Below are positions 62,380-64,000 of a DNA stretch of 64,000 bases, one piece after another (positions within the stretch are counted from its first letter, which is position 1; every line of letters starts with the position of its first letter). The notes under the pieces are model-generated. The model worked only from the letters and a program-made list of their open reading frames with translations. It was not told the origin of the DNA and did no database searches. Location of the stretch: positions 124,001 through 188,000 of the forward strand of contig NW_005434609.1 of the NCBI RefSeq assembly GCF_000315625.1, written 5' to 3'. This DNA comes from Guillardia theta CCMP2712 (Eukaryota; Protista; Cryptophyta). A program made the position numbers and the translations under genes.

Positions 62380-62860
62380 TGGAGCCCTTCCACCCCTAAA
62401 GCACCCCCACCCCCAGTTCTGTTTGAACCCCCTTTCTATCACCCCCTCTATTCCCCATGACTACCCTCGAATTTCCCCCTAAACTGAACTGCCTTGCATC
62501 ACCCTACCCTACCCTTACTTAGTATGGCAACACGACCCAAATCAAACTGACCACCCCCGACATTCCCCTGAGTCAACATAACCCACCCCTACATCATCCT
62601 CGACTACCCCTACCCGTCTATAGAAGCCTCCTGAACAGTTTCAAAAACCCCAGTGCTATCACTGACTAACAGGGGTACTTTAGTTATTGGAGTGGGGGTG
62701 GGGGGTGGGGTGGGGGTCAGTGCTACCGAACTTGTTCCTCACTACTCGGACTGTACTGAGAGCCTTCGGCCGGCCGGAGTTTCGCCGGGCCCGACAACTT
62801 GACACGCGTCACCCGGCCGCGGCGGCTACCGTAGCACTGCGGTTCAGCCGGGGCTCAAGT
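62380..62860. promoter_or_regulatory. C-run array, then a G5-T-G6-T-G4-T-G5 quadruplex motif (62694-62716), then GC-rich island copy 4, upstream of the Fused kinase
   Basis: Patterns are directly visible; function is inferred. Confidence 0.45.
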
Positions 62861-63043
62861 TGCCAACAACACATGTCTTGAGCATTCGAGGTTACAGGAT
62901 TACAGGACAATGGCGAAGCAGATATGAAAATGGTAAAATAGAGTGTTTCACTAATGAACAATAGTAAAGAATAACGAAAAATAGAAGAGAAAAGAATATT
63001 TCAGATGTACAACGCTTGAATGCAAATGCATATCGCGGTCCAA

Positions 63044-63904
63044 TCAAAGCGGCATGCCAAAATCCTCCAAGAGCGAAGATATTCCAACAGGAAAATTATT
63101 AGGGTACTGCTCGCGGAAGATTTGAAGAAGTCTATAGAAGCACTCAAAGATTTCCGACATGTTATAGTGAGTCATTCTCGCCAATCTTTCATTCCAAAGA
63201 GGCGTAACATTCAAGCAAGCTCGGGAAGCCGCAATTGCTGCCGCCGTCTTGAGTGAATTCTTGCAGGACATGAATTCTTGCTTCTGGATTGCTAGATCAC
63301 AGAAAAAGCTAACGTACTCCCACACGCAAATTCTGTCCTGATTGTCAAGGTGCGTTGGGACACCTTTGGTCATTTTGAGGTCGTCGGAAAAGTAAATTCC
63401 TCCAACCTTATACACGTCCATGAAATGCAACATCGTTGGTGAGGTAAGGCTCCATTCCAACACTTTCAAAATTTGTAACTCGGCGATCTTGACATGCTCG
63501 ATGGTCAATTCATACTCGTCGACCATGAATTCAACGAGATCGGTAGGGGTACCAGCGGTCGCAGGACCTTCCATTTTCATTGCAAGGAGAAGGCAAGCTG
63601 AAGCGTAGATGCGCCAACTTGTCTCAGAAACCGGCATCTTGCTGAAGAATCTATCCATGTACAAGGTAGAGATATGTACGAAGAGACCACTCAGATTGAG
63701 ATAATTGGTCAAGTTTGAGACATGGTTGACCATCCTTTGTCGATTTTGCAGGTACTATGGTCAAAGAGTTAGCATAGGTTCCCAGCAGAAAGGAAAAACA
63801 ATGTTTACCTGAGCCTTGTCGGGCCCTTCCCAGTCGAGTATGAGATTCCTCTCCTCAACCTTTCGATACCAGGTCAACGTTTCGTCCATCTCTTCGTTAC
63901 TCAT
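63044..63904 (-). CDS. Cyclin, most like cyclin J; exons 63904-63809 and 63754-63044 (a further upstream exon is possible)
   Basis: Cyclin box RQRMVNHV...STLYMDRFF...ASACLLLAMKME...ELQILKVLEWSL. The C-terminal half PTMLHF...FSDD...AAAIAASRACLNVTPLWNERLARMTHY resembles cyclin J. Confidence 0.8.
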
Positions 63905-64000
63905 TCTGCAAGGCAGGAATCCTCCGTCGAATCCCAAAATTCGCAATCAAGGAAGGCTCTTCGGGATCCGGGGGTGATTTTACTTGATTGGCAACGCTGG

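Noticed and set aside
1-64000. tRNA, rRNA, transposase, reverse transcriptase or viral genes
   Set aside because: No recognisable motifs by eye; tRNAscan-SE, Infernal and RepeatMasker would be needed to exclude small or degenerate ones.

Overview
This is eukaryotic nuclear DNA: gene-dense, with many short (about 45-55 nt) GT-AG introns carrying CTGAC/TTGAC-type branch sites and longer introns filled with CCT/CT microsatellite. The style suggests a cryptophyte alga such as Guillardia theta, which is an inference and not verified. About 16 protein genes can be supported. In order: a CC2D1/Lgd-like WW+C2 protein, an NCLX/CCX cation exchanger, several lineage-specific small or secreted proteins, carboxypeptidase Q, a secreted LysM-tipped modular protein, a RAB3GAP2 N-terminal homologue, one giant 5-exon gene for a secreted mosaic protein of about 6,440 aa, a PDZ protein, a TPR protein, an undivided MadBub (BUB1/BUBR1) kinase, a Fused/STK36 kinase and a cyclin J-like gene. 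The most interesting signals are (1) the giant secreted protein built from modules typical of bacterial surface proteins, with a relative 3 kb away; (2) tandem arrays of CD1 and ABBA checkpoint motifs in MadBub; (3) a triplicated C-terminal domain in the CC2D1-like protein; and (4) recurring intergenic architecture: GC-rich motif islands, strand-oriented GGGT(A) tracts and helically phased T-tracts. I saw no rRNA, tRNA, CRISPR array or transposase. There is one 100-N assembly gap. All family assignments come from recognising motifs by eye; no database search was run.
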